From Promethearchaeota archaeon (lineage in GTDB: Archaea > Asgardarchaeota > Odinarchaeia > Odinarchaeales > JBHLKK01), in assembly GCA_048939465.1 (NCBI GenBank), contig JBHLPL010000029.1:1-19061 (forward strand): DNA of 19,061 bases, in the 5' to 3' direction. Below the pieces are notes generated by a model that saw nothing but the letters and a program-made list of their open reading frames with translations, ran no database searches and had not been told where the DNA came from. How positions within the stretch are numbered: the stretch's first letter is position 1; the number at the start of each line of letters is the position of its first letter. A program made the position numbers and the translations under genes. Below are positions 8,587 to 16,505 of the stretch, piece by piece.

Positions 8587-8919
8587 ATGAAAGAGAGCTG
8601 CTGTCCTGAGAAGCCGGATTGTTGCGATATGCGTGGAATGCTGGCCTTCCAGATACTCTGGCTTCTCTCCAAAAGGCCTATGAACGGGCAGGAGATAGCT
8701 GAGGAGCTGCAAAAGAGGAGGGGGGCAAAGCCAACAGCAGGAACACTGTATCCTGCGCTGAAAGATCTTCGAACAAGAGGACTAGTGGAAATGGAAAGGA
8801 AGGGCAGAAGAACAATTTATGTGCTTTCCGAGGATGGCAAAGAAGGGCTTGAAAAAGCGTCCAGATATTTCTGTAATGTTTTTGGAGAGATCTTCCAAGA
8901 ATGCGGTGGAAAAAGATAG
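8587..8919 (+). CDS. PadR family winged-helix regulator with an N-terminal Cys-rich tag
   Basis: ILWLLSKRPMNGQEI, GTLYPALKDL, RRTIYVLSEDG; N-terminus SCCPEKPDCC. Confidence 0.9.
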   Translation: MKESCCPEKPDCCDMRGMLAFQILWLLSKRPMNGQEIAEELQKRRGAKPTAGTLYPALKDLRTRGLVEMERKGRRTIYVLSEDGKEGLEKASRYFCNVFGEIFQECGGKR

Positions 8920-8970
8920 AAAGATCTGGCGGCAATCTTTTCACAGATTCTTACGGGAGATGTCAGAAAA

Positions 8971-9411
8971 TTGAGCGTTGAGGTAGATTTGAGAAGAGCA
9001 GAAGAAGATGATCTTACATTCATTAAGACACTCCTTGAGGAAAACGATCTGCCTCATGAGGATATTCCTTCCGAGTTCATTCATATGTTTAAAGGGTATG
9101 CGGGTTCCGAAGTTGTGGGCGTCGGCGGGGTGGAACTGCGCGGGAAATACGGTTTGCTCCGATCGCTTGTCATTGAAGGGCCATTCAGAGGGAAAGGATA
9201 CGGAAGATCCTTGTGCGAGAAGCTGATCGAATATTCGAGACTAAAAGGAGTAGTTGAGTTATATGCCTTGACTTCAACGCCAGACAACATCGTCAAAAAG
9301 ATGGGTTTTGAAAGAGTTGACCGACGCGATGTTCCGCAAGCTGTTCAAGAGACAAGGCAGTTTACCGATCTTTGTGCCTTGTCAGCTATCTGTTGGCGTA
9401 TGAGGTTGTAA
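8971..9411 (+). CDS. GNAT acetyltransferase, ArsN2-like (arsenic-resistance-associated family)
   Basis: GLLRSLVI..FRGKGYG, LYALT, GF..V.R..VP.AVQETRQFTDLC..SA match the ArsN2/ArgA-short GNAT pattern. Confidence 0.75.
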   Translation: MSVEVDLRRAEEDDLTFIKTLLEENDLPHEDIPSEFIHMFKGYAGSEVVGVGGVELRGKYGLLRSLVIEGPFRGKGYGRSLCEKLIEYSRLKGVVELYALTSTPDNIVKKMGFERVDRRDVPQAVQETRQFTDLCALSAICWRMRL

Positions 9412-9427
9412 GGCGGGGAAGAGTCAA

Positions 9428-9480
9428 GATCTGCTGGCTAAATGAACTGAATAATCGAATGAAGACTAACCTTAGATCTT
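9428..9480 (+). repeat. Intergenic repeat copy 12 (tail A, left block diverged)
   Basis: GATCTG...(22-nt block)-AATAATCGAAT-GAAGACTAACCTTAGATCTT; spacing identical to the consensus. Confidence 0.6.
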
Positions 9481-9609
9481 TTTTTCATTTAGTGATGCTC
9501 CAAGATATACATCCGAGAGTTGAATCAAAAACATTCGAGATCGCCGTATAAAATATTCTTAAATGACACTATCTTCAATTATACCATACGATTGATTTGG
9601 GGATAACAG

Positions 9610-10263
9610 ATGCCGAGTATTAAAGTAGATAAAATGGATATCAATGGTTATATTGCTTACCCAGAGAATAAAGATGGTGATGGTATACTTGTTTTGCACG
9701 CTTGGTGGGGATTAAATGAATTTATCAAACAGTTCTCTGAGAGGCTAGCAGGAGAAGGGTTTTTGGTGCTAGCACCGGATCTTTACAAGGGAAAAATAGC
9801 AGATAGCATTACAGATGCAGAAAATTATAGCAACAATTTAGACCCGAGAGAAATTAGTCCCATCTTGGAAAATTCGGTTGATTTTCTCTTGAAACATCCG
9901 AATTGCAAAAGTTCCAAACTCAGTGTTATTGGATTTTCTTTGGGAGCTGGCTGGGCTACGTGGTTGGCCAATAACAAATCAAAAGAAATCGAGAAAGTAG
10001 TTCTTTTCTATGGTACTGGAGATGTTGATTTTTCTAACACTCTTGCTTCCTTCCAGTGCCACTTCGCTGAAAATGATCCTTATGAAGAAACAGAATATGT
10101 CAACTATTTCAAAGAGAGACTTCAAGAAGCGAACGTAAAGGCTAGTCATTATACTTATCCAGGTACAAGTCACTGGTTTTTTGAGACGAATCAGGTTAAA
10201 TATTTTCATGAAGAAGCTTCAAAATTAGCTTGGAAAAGAACTCTAGAGTTTTTGAAAAAGTGA
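9610..10263 (+). CDS. Dienelactone hydrolase family (alpha/beta hydrolase)
   Basis: HAWWGLN, LAPDLY, nucleophile elbow GFSLG, AENDP and YPGTSHWF. Confidence 0.9.
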   Translation: MPSIKVDKMDINGYIAYPENKDGDGILVLHAWWGLNEFIKQFSERLAGEGFLVLAPDLYKGKIADSITDAENYSNNLDPREISPILENSVDFLLKHPNCKSSKLSVIGFSLGAGWATWLANNKSKEIEKVVLFYGTGDVDFSNTLASFQCHFAENDPYEETEYVNYFKERLQEANVKASHYTYPGTSHWFFETNQVKYFHEEASKLAWKRTLEFLKK

Positions 10264-10354
10264 AATCACAAATCCATTGAATCTGATTCTTTTGTAGTAA
10301 TCCATTTCGCTTTGCCGATGGTTTTCTTTCATGATGTCCGTCAAAAACTCCAAA

Positions 10355-10409
10355 AACCTTGCTTTGCTGGTGTTTTAATGATTGGATGGGGGGTAATCTA
10401 AGAGCTTCT
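10355..10409 (+). repeat. Intergenic repeat copy 13 (tail A)
   Basis: AACCTTGCTTTGCTGGTGTTTT-AATGATTGGAT-GGGGGGTAATCTAAGAGCTTCT. Confidence 0.85.
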
Positions 10410-10538
10410 TCCGCGTGGTAATGCTTCCCGAAGAGTCTCTATGAAAAACTGGCTCCCTTTAGGTGTGCCTGTAACGATAAACAAGTATATAGATGCAACA
10501 CCGATGATCTTCGCAAGAGTATTAAATCTTCGTCCCAA
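10398..10538 (-). CDS. Putative 46-aa single-TM small protein (not in the ORF track)
   Basis: AGGGGAG RBS 8 nt upstream of TTG 10538; MGRRFNTLAKIIGVASIYLFIVTGTPKGSQFFIETLREALPRGRSS. The stop lies inside repeat copy 13. Confidence 0.4.
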   Translation of the reverse strand: MGRRFNTLAKIIGVASIYLFIVTGTPKGSQFFIETLREALPRGRSS

Positions 10539-10569
10539 AGGATTTTCTCCCCTGATTCTCAGCAATTAT

Positions 10570-11058
10570 TCATCCAATCTCTTCCTTCCCCAAGGAACTC
10601 CTCCTTCCATTTATCAAATAGGCCAGTACTATTACGTTCATAGCCGGCACAATCACATACAATAGGAGCTTTGCAGGTAGCGAGTTCGTCGAATAGAGAG
10701 GATAGAGTATTAAGCCTATTGTGCTGGAAGGAAATACCACCGCAATCGCTATCCAAAATCCTAAATAAGGGACCAATATCATTATTGCTTTATCCCATGC
10801 CCAGATAGGTCTCTTGATAAGACCGATACCTAACAAAATGATGCATATTCCCCAGATGACTGAAAAGACGTCATAGCCTAGAGTTATTTCAAGAGGTACA
10901 TAAGGGTACATGTGTCCTCCGCCTGCAGCAGCAAAGTCGAATAGTCCGGCAACGACTGACAGTGTGCCGGATGCTATCATAAATAGGCCCAGAATCAAAT
11001 TCAAAGATTCTGATCTCTTGGAATTGGAACTCAGCCGAGGCTCCCCCTCTTCATTCAT
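10570..11058 (-). CDS. Hypothetical membrane protein (about 4 TM)
   Basis: 162-aa ORF with four hydrophobic segments, including G.GL.KR..WAW. Confidence 0.8.
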   Translation of the reverse strand: MNEEGEPRLSSNSKRSESLNLILGLFMIASGTLSVVAGLFDFAAAGGGHMYPYVPLEITLGYDVFSVIWGICIILLGIGLIKRPIWAWDKAIMILVPYLGFWIAIAVVFPSSTIGLILYPLYSTNSLPAKLLLYVIVPAMNVIVLAYLINGRRSSLGKEEIG

Positions 11059-11087
11059 TTTGATTATTATTGCAGCTCAATAAAAAG

Positions 11088-11145
11088 AATATTGTTTTCG
11101 CTGGCTTTTTAATAATCGGGTTTTCTTCTAGAACATATGTTCTAA
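11088..11145 (+). repeat. Intergenic repeat copy 14 (tail B)
   Basis: AATATTGTTTTCGCTGGCTTTTT-AATAATCGGGT-TTTCTTCTAGAACATATGTTCTAA; 16-bp palindrome TAGAACATATGTTCTA at 11129-11144. Confidence 0.85.
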
Positions 11146-11219
11146 GGTTCAGATAGGACGAAGCAGCCTTTTAGAGTACGAAGTCCCTCAGGAAAACGTT
11201 GTTTGTAGCTCTGATCACG

Positions 11220-11822
11220 TTACCCCTTGGGTCTGCTTACAAAAAAGCACACCGTCCCTTCAATACTCCCAACCACAATGGCCACAAGACTAACTATCCA
11301 AAGAGCAATCTTGTACCAATCTAAGGAAATTATTAAGCAAGCCCAAGCAGAGTACGTTATCAAGTATGTTATTCCGGCAATCATATAGATTATTCCAGTG
11401 GTAATCCAAAATGGTTCATAAACGAAATACCTACGATATGCTAGGAAAAATATGCCAATTAAGGTCGCCGTTCCCCCTATGGTAACCGCTGGCATAATCA
11501 GAAACAGATAAAGATAATACCGCCAGATATTATAACCGACTATTGGGTATATGATTTGTGCAACTATATAGAGTACCAAGGCAATTGTGCCGGTAATTAA
11601 TCCGAATATTGCTCCAATCCTACCTATTGGTGAACCGCTGAATCTGCGAGATATTTCTCTGATTGAAATCAAGTACAGTATAGCGGAGATAAGAAAGACT
11701 ATTTGAGCGGCAATGCCGAACAACAATAGGAGTTCCCACATCCAAGAGAAGAACAACAAAAAAGCTGAAACCATAAGGAATATCTGACTGATGCCAGCCT
11801 GAAAAAGCTCTTTTTCAACCAA
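11220..11822 (-). CDS. Multi-pass membrane protein, DUF996-like paralog 3
   Basis: About 6 TM segments; LIGIFFLAYRR...FWITTGIIYMIAG; G-rich RBS before the TTG. Confidence 0.8.
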   Translation of the reverse strand: MVEKELFQAGISQIFLMVSAFLLFFSWMWELLLLFGIAAQIVFLISAILYLISIREISRRFSGSPIGRIGAIFGLITGTIALVLYIVAQIIYPIVGYNIWRYYLYLFLIMPAVTIGGTATLIGIFFLAYRRYFVYEPFWITTGIIYMIAGITYLITYSAWACLIISLDWYKIALWIVSLVAIVVGSIEGTVCFFVSRPKG

Positions 11823-12007
11823 CCTCCACTCCCCCTTTTGGCTTTTCAGATAATACGAGTTCTAAATAGTGGTAACGAAGTAGATTTGAATGCATGTAAT
11901 TAATAAGCCTTCTGATGTCGTTTAGTTGGAATCTTATTCCTTATCTTGGTCATGAATATTAATTAGATCAAAGACATGCACGAAATGCGGTCGAGCACCA
12001 CAGGAAA

Positions 12008-12063
12008 AATCTTGTTTTGCTGATGTTTTAGTAGTTTGATTTCTTTTAGAACATATGTTCTGA
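12008..12063 (+). repeat. Intergenic repeat copy 15 (tail B)
   Basis: AATCTTGTTTTGCTGATGTTTT-AGTAGTTTGAT-TTCTTTTAGAACATATGTTCTGA; between divergent genes. Confidence 0.9.
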
Positions 12064-12187
12064 TATTAGATTCGATTTGCCAAAATAAAACCTAAAGAGG
12101 GTTTGACGGGTCTAAATCGATCAGTATAAGAAATAATACGCTATTAATGAAATGTGTAGAAAAAGCTACACAAACGTGGTGTCACAG

Positions 12188-12658
12188 ATGATAATAAGAC
12201 GGATGGAAGATAAGGATTATGAGGCCTTCAAAGGCCTTTTTGAAGAGGCTTACGGTGAATACTTGAAATCCCTGAAAGAAAGAGACCCCCAGAAATATCA
12301 AAAAGAACTAAAAGAAGAAAGAAAAGTAACCCGCGAACGATTTGAATTTTACCTTGAAACCGGAAGCAGCTTCGTTGCCGAAGATGGTGAGGTTATCGGC
12401 TATGTGGTCAGTCAAACACTGAATTTTGTGCGCGGGTTTGACAGGTTGCTTTGGATTGAGTACGTAGTCGTTAAGAAGAAGCTTCGGAGACGAGGAATAG
12501 GGCTTGCACTTCTACGTAAGCTCACAGAATATGCCAGACGATCAAATGTAGATCGAATATATACAACAATTAATCCAGACAATGTGGCCTCCATAAGACT
12601 GCATCTGAAGGCCGGCTTTGATGTCAAGAACTGGAGAACTGCTTCTTACACAGCATAA
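12188..12658 (+). CDS. GNAT family N-acetyltransferase
   Basis: WIEYVVVKKKLRRRGIGLALL and NVASIRLHLKAGF. GTGGTG RBS favours the ATG at 12188 over 12152. Confidence 0.9.
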   Translation: MIIRRMEDKDYEAFKGLFEEAYGEYLKSLKERDPQKYQKELKEERKVTRERFEFYLETGSSFVAEDGEVIGYVVSQTLNFVRGFDRLLWIEYVVVKKKLRRRGIGLALLRKLTEYARRSNVDRIYTTINPDNVASIRLHLKAGFDVKNWRTASYTA

Positions 12659-12676
12659 TTTTGACAGCAGGAATCA

Positions 12677-12730
12677 AATCTTGTTCTGTCGGTGTTCTAA
12701 TTCTTGGATGAAAACTAATCTAAGAACTCA
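12677..12730 (+). repeat. Intergenic repeat copy 16 (tail A)
   Basis: AATCTTGTTCTGTCGGTGTTCT-AATTCTTGGAT-GAAAACTAATCTAAGAACTCA. Confidence 0.9.
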
Positions 12731-12733
12731 TAA

Positions 12734-12904
12734 TCAAGAAGAATGCCAAAAAGGTTCGTCTAGCCACGAACTCTCTTCTTCCTCATAACAATCAACACAT
12801 AGATCATCAAAAGCTATGCAGGCTGGGCAGACCGATCTTCCGCAGATCGAGCACTCTACCAGATCCTCTTCATCGCAATCTAGACCACAGATCTCACATT
12901 CCAA
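12734..12904 (-). CDS. 56-aa Cys-rich acidic zinc-finger-like small protein (not in the ORF track)
   Basis: AGGTGG RBS 7 nt upstream of TTG 12904; MECEICGLDCDEEDLVECSICGRSVCPACIAFDDLCVDCYEEEESSWLDEPFWHSS, with four CxxC pairs. It fills the gap between repeat copies 16 and 17. Confidence 0.8.
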   Translation of the reverse strand: MECEICGLDCDEEDLVECSICGRSVCPACIAFDDLCVDCYEEEESSWLDEPFWHSS

Positions 12905-12932
12905 GAATATTCCACCTTGTTACATGTATGTA

Positions 12933-12984
12933 ATGATTTGCACCGTGGAGTTTTAATGGTTTTCTTGTTGCCTAATCTAAGAGC
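12933..12984 (+). repeat. Intergenic repeat copy 17 (degenerate, tail A)
   Basis: GGAGTTTTAATG (from 12947) ... CTAATCTAAGAGC (12972-12984); spacing within 1 nt of the consensus. Confidence 0.55.
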
Positions 12985-13197
12985 GTTTCAAAAATGAAAT
13001 AAAACTGAGTAACAGACATTATCCCGAAGCAGCATCAGTTGGCTGTTTGTTATAAGAAGATAGTCGAAGATGAGGAATTGCTTAAGCTGAAGGAATTGCT
13101 CGTACAGAATCGGCCTTAGTGTGGAAAGAGGACCCAGAAAAGACCCCTATAACCAAACTCGAACATAAAGGAAAATGAGGGGGGAGGCAAAAAGATT

Positions 13198-15063
13198 TCA
13201 CTTCTTTGACAAGATAACGACTGATTCATATCTAATCATCCCTTCTCTTGTTTTCTCAAGTTCTCTTGTTATCACTCTATCCTTGGTAAGAGCTATATCC
13301 TCATCTTTAGCCATTTCCCAGATTACCTTGTCATTTTTTACCTCCACATAGTTCGAATCTAGCTTGTAATGATTATTTCCAATGATTATTACGCATTTGG
13401 CCTCTCTTTTCATCACCCTACTCATTTCTTTGAGAGTTAGACGTATATCTTTGAAGAATTTGTAAGTTCTCATGGCAGCGTTTCTCCTTCCACCATTCAA
13501 GAGATTAAGAATAATGGCCCTAGCAGTCTCAGGGAGCTGTTGAAAATCGTCCTTTCTCTTCTTAATTTCGTCTATCAATTCACGCGGGTAGTGTCTTAAG
13601 TTGGGATTTCCTACCATGTTTTCATGCAATTTCTCCAATGAAGGGACGAGATCAAGTAATGTAAGTTGAGGATAGTCATTTTTGATGTAGTCCAATGCCG
13701 TGGAGTATGGAGGAGAGTTAACTATAGCGTCAATCGTTTCTGTTTTTATTCCGATATCCTCATTATTCCATTTTTTGCAGCTGTTCCTCATGTCTCTTGT
13801 ATCGCCAATGTATGTTTCTGATTTTCCAAGACGAATCTTGAGAACCTCATTGAGTTTATGGAAAAGGTATATTCTTAGGTAAAGATTCCTGAGTCTTCCT
13901 TCTAAAACATCAACGAATTCTGCCCTTCTTCTTCTAGTTAAGTCGCTTATTGTCCCACTTAAGCCTAAAAGAAGGAAGTTCTTAATCTGTTCCTCAGGAA
14001 TTGATTTTGCTATTTCATGTGCAACAAGAATCTTTTTGATATCGCCCTCTTTGTAAAATAGCTTAATCATCTTATCAGGCATTTTTTTGCTTCGAGCAGT
14101 TATTTCTTTGTAGTTATACTCAGATTCTACAAGTAATGAATCTCCTTTAGATTGGCGTTCCAGACACAAGATAGCAGCGTTTACTCTCTTCAGGAAACTC
14201 TCTATTTTCCTCCGCAAGAGTGACGTATCCAAAAATAATGAATGACACTTTACATTTGACATCAAAACTGATAACGGGTTTATCTCGATTCCTATACTGT
14301 CTAGCCCCAAAAGTGAAGCTTCAACTAATAAAGTTCCGCTCCCCGCAAAATTGTCCATTATAAGACCTTGATCATTTGGAAAGACATAATTCAGTAGTGC
14401 TCGAACCATTTTTGGATGGAATTTTCCTTTATAGGGATGCATATAATGTGTAAGGTAAAGGGAGGGTTCCTCTCTAATGGCAAAATAGTCCTCAAGACGC
14501 TTTCCTATCGCCATTGTCGAGGACGCAGGAATCCTATAGAGTCTATTCGTTAAAAAATCAAAGAGTGAATTTACATTCCTATCAACTTCTTCTTCGTTCC
14601 TGCTCAGCTTTGAAATGTACTGTGATTTTTCAAGAAAGTATTGATGTACAATAAACCTGAAGAGGATGTGGTTCCCACTTTTGAAGTATTGCACATTTTT
14701 GCCCAGGATACCTTCCGGAAAAATCTTATTAAGCAGTCTCTCCGGGTCTTCGCTACTTTTTATTACTTGGAAGAACTCTCGAGTGTAAGCAAGCTTTCGT
14801 ACAAGGTTCGAGACATTTTGGATCTCCTCGGTTGTTCCATAAAATCCATGAAATTCTCCATAAGGCAGCTCATGTGTAAGAATGTCCTGAATACGTATAT
14901 TATCAGTTGTAAAAAGCTTAAGCGGCTCTTCATTCATTACATCTACGAAATTCCTTACTCTTCCTGTTTTACCAAACAGACTTGTTAGTTCTAGTTCAGC
15001 GAAATCTACTTCATGTTTCTCCTTTATACTGTTGGAAAGCTTGAAGTAATAATGGACGGCCAT
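13198..15063 (-). CDS. Amino-DNA methyltransferase, probably N4-cytosine, alpha motif order, with a long N-terminal extension
   Basis: HPYKGKFHP, motif I DNFAGSGTLLVEA and a later motif IV NSPPY. About 200 extra N-terminal residues. The start is ATG 15063 or TTG 15069. Confidence 0.85.
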   Translation of the reverse strand: MAVHYYFKLSNSIKEKHEVDFAELELTSLFGKTGRVRNFVDVMNEEPLKLFTTDNIRIQDILTHELPYGEFHGFYGTTEEIQNVSNLVRKLAYTREFFQVIKSSEDPERLLNKIFPEGILGKNVQYFKSGNHILFRFIVHQYFLEKSQYISKLSRNEEEVDRNVNSLFDFLTNRLYRIPASSTMAIGKRLEDYFAIREEPSLYLTHYMHPYKGKFHPKMVRALLNYVFPNDQGLIMDNFAGSGTLLVEASLLGLDSIGIEINPLSVLMSNVKCHSLFLDTSLLRRKIESFLKRVNAAILCLERQSKGDSLLVESEYNYKEITARSKKMPDKMIKLFYKEGDIKKILVAHEIAKSIPEEQIKNFLLLGLSGTISDLTRRRRAEFVDVLEGRLRNLYLRIYLFHKLNEVLKIRLGKSETYIGDTRDMRNSCKKWNNEDIGIKTETIDAIVNSPPYSTALDYIKNDYPQLTLLDLVPSLEKLHENMVGNPNLRHYPRELIDEIKKRKDDFQQLPETARAIILNLLNGGRRNAAMRTYKFFKDIRLTLKEMSRVMKREAKCVIIIGNNHYKLDSNYVEVKNDKVIWEMAKDEDIALTKDRVITRELEKTREGMIRYESVVILSKK

Positions 15064-15323
15064 TTCCAAGGTTCACCAAACAGCTCTTCCTGTTGAATCT
15101 CAACCCTTTTTACTCCTTATTTATGATGAAGAATATTTAAACACTGTTGAGCTAGCTAAAATAAGAATGATGTTTAATCGAAAAAGAGACCGATAGATTT
15201 GTGTTCCTATGACAGGCCTTCTCCGATTTTCTGCTTTATCAGCCGCGTCTTCGCTTGAAAGACCACCCTGCCGTTATCCTCGCATTGCCAGCACGGTTCT
15301 TTTTCCTAAGAATTGAAACCCAA

Positions 15324-16169
15324 TTAATCTTCGACAAATGAGTTTAGTCTTTTAGTTTGGCTCTTCATGGTCTCGGTTGTCTCACTCAGTAAGGGAAACG
15401 CCTCCAATGCCTTTTTCATACTTAACGCTGCGATTCCTGGAGGCGGTCTAGCAAATGACCCTGCAAATCTTGCTAATGATGCACGTTTGAGAAGTACCGC
15501 TGTCAAATGCGCAAATGTCAGAAGCGTATTCCGTCTGCCGTATGCTTGGTTTACGGTATCATAGCCCAGTGTGGAATATTTCACATCTTCATTCAACGCA
15601 ATTACATCCGTAAAATACAGGAGAACATCCAGCGGTATTTCTCCGACTTCAGGAACTAGCATTCTGATTCTGTCGATAACAACCGTCGGTGGACTGAGTC
15701 TCCATATCCCAGGTTCAGTTTCCTTGTGGTCGAGCATAAAGGCATTACGAACTAAGAGACTGCCCATCAGCTCTAATGCAAACTCGCTTTTCTTGCCCAT
15801 TTCCAACAAAAGGCCAAACATATCTTCAAAAGTAAGGCTTCGCCTAAGTCTGTTTTGACCGAGAAAAATCACAGGAAACATATCGTTTGGATTGTTTGTT
15901 TGTACGCCGTCTTTTGTGGTGCATTGTTTGTAATCTGGGGCGGCTTCTTTTCCCGGTTTTCCAAGACAAACCTTGTTTTCGCCAATAACATATAAGTTTT
16001 GATAGGTCTTTGAGGATTGACTGAGACCCTTTGGCCATGATTTGGCTTCTTCTATGCTCTGCTTTCTGCGTGGAGCAGAGAACTTATTCAGTCTGAGCTC
16101 AGATGGGATTTTAAGTGCGTCTCGTATCTTTCGCTTAATTAAATTGTTCGCGGGTTGCTCATTAATCAC
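15324..16169 (-). CDS. Hypothetical protein, putative restriction endonuclease partner of the methyltransferase
   Basis: 281-aa soluble ORF directly upstream of and co-oriented with the MTase, with no repeat between them; possible D-x-K in NEDVKY. Function is inferred from context only. Confidence 0.55.
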   Translation of the reverse strand: MINEQPANNLIKRKIRDALKIPSELRLNKFSAPRRKQSIEEAKSWPKGLSQSSKTYQNLYVIGENKVCLGKPGKEAAPDYKQCTTKDGVQTNNPNDMFPVIFLGQNRLRRSLTFEDMFGLLLEMGKKSEFALELMGSLLVRNAFMLDHKETEPGIWRLSPPTVVIDRIRMLVPEVGEIPLDVLLYFTDVIALNEDVKYSTLGYDTVNQAYGRRNTLLTFAHLTAVLLKRASLARFAGSFARPPPGIAALSMKKALEAFPLLSETTETMKSQTKRLNSFVED

Positions 16170-16268
16170 GACTCCCCCCCAACGTTTTTATTCCTTAAAC
16201 ACTAGTTTTGGTTGATGCCTGTAACTATGAGTTTTTCCTATATGAAACAAACTCTTTTAAAACAAAAG

Positions 16269-16323
16269 AATCTTATTTTGTGGCGTTTTAATACTTGGAT
16301 TTCTTTTAGAACGTATGTTCTAA
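16269..16323 (+). repeat. Intergenic repeat copy 18 (tail B)
   Basis: AATCTTATTTTGTGGCGTTTT-AATACTTGGAT-TTCTTTTAGAACGTATGTTCTAA; between divergent genes. Confidence 0.9.
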
Positions 16324-16505
16324 TGACTGAGACCCATTTTGCTTTCCAAATCCTCCGGTCCACAAACATCAAAATCGTTATAAACAGTTACAACAAAACA
16401 TCACGCCAGGGGGGGTTAGTGCCACCACATGCTGCCCCCTCTTCGTAGTTATCAGAAAGAAAAAATAACTCCGTTCTCCCATAATGAAATCAAGGGGGAC
16501 TCTCA

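Noticed and set aside
13010-13110. Short + strand frame (…KKIVEDEELLKLKELL…)
   Set aside because: Under 40 codons, with no RBS-linked start.
15130-15300. Minus-strand peptide RQGGLSSEDAADKA vaguely like a C-protein HTH between the RM genes
   Set aside because: It is interrupted by a stop, the similarity is too short, and there is no RBS.
16320-16440. GAGGGGG RBS plus ATG at 16430 on the minus strand
   Set aside because: It encodes only MWWH-stop, and the other frames are also closed.
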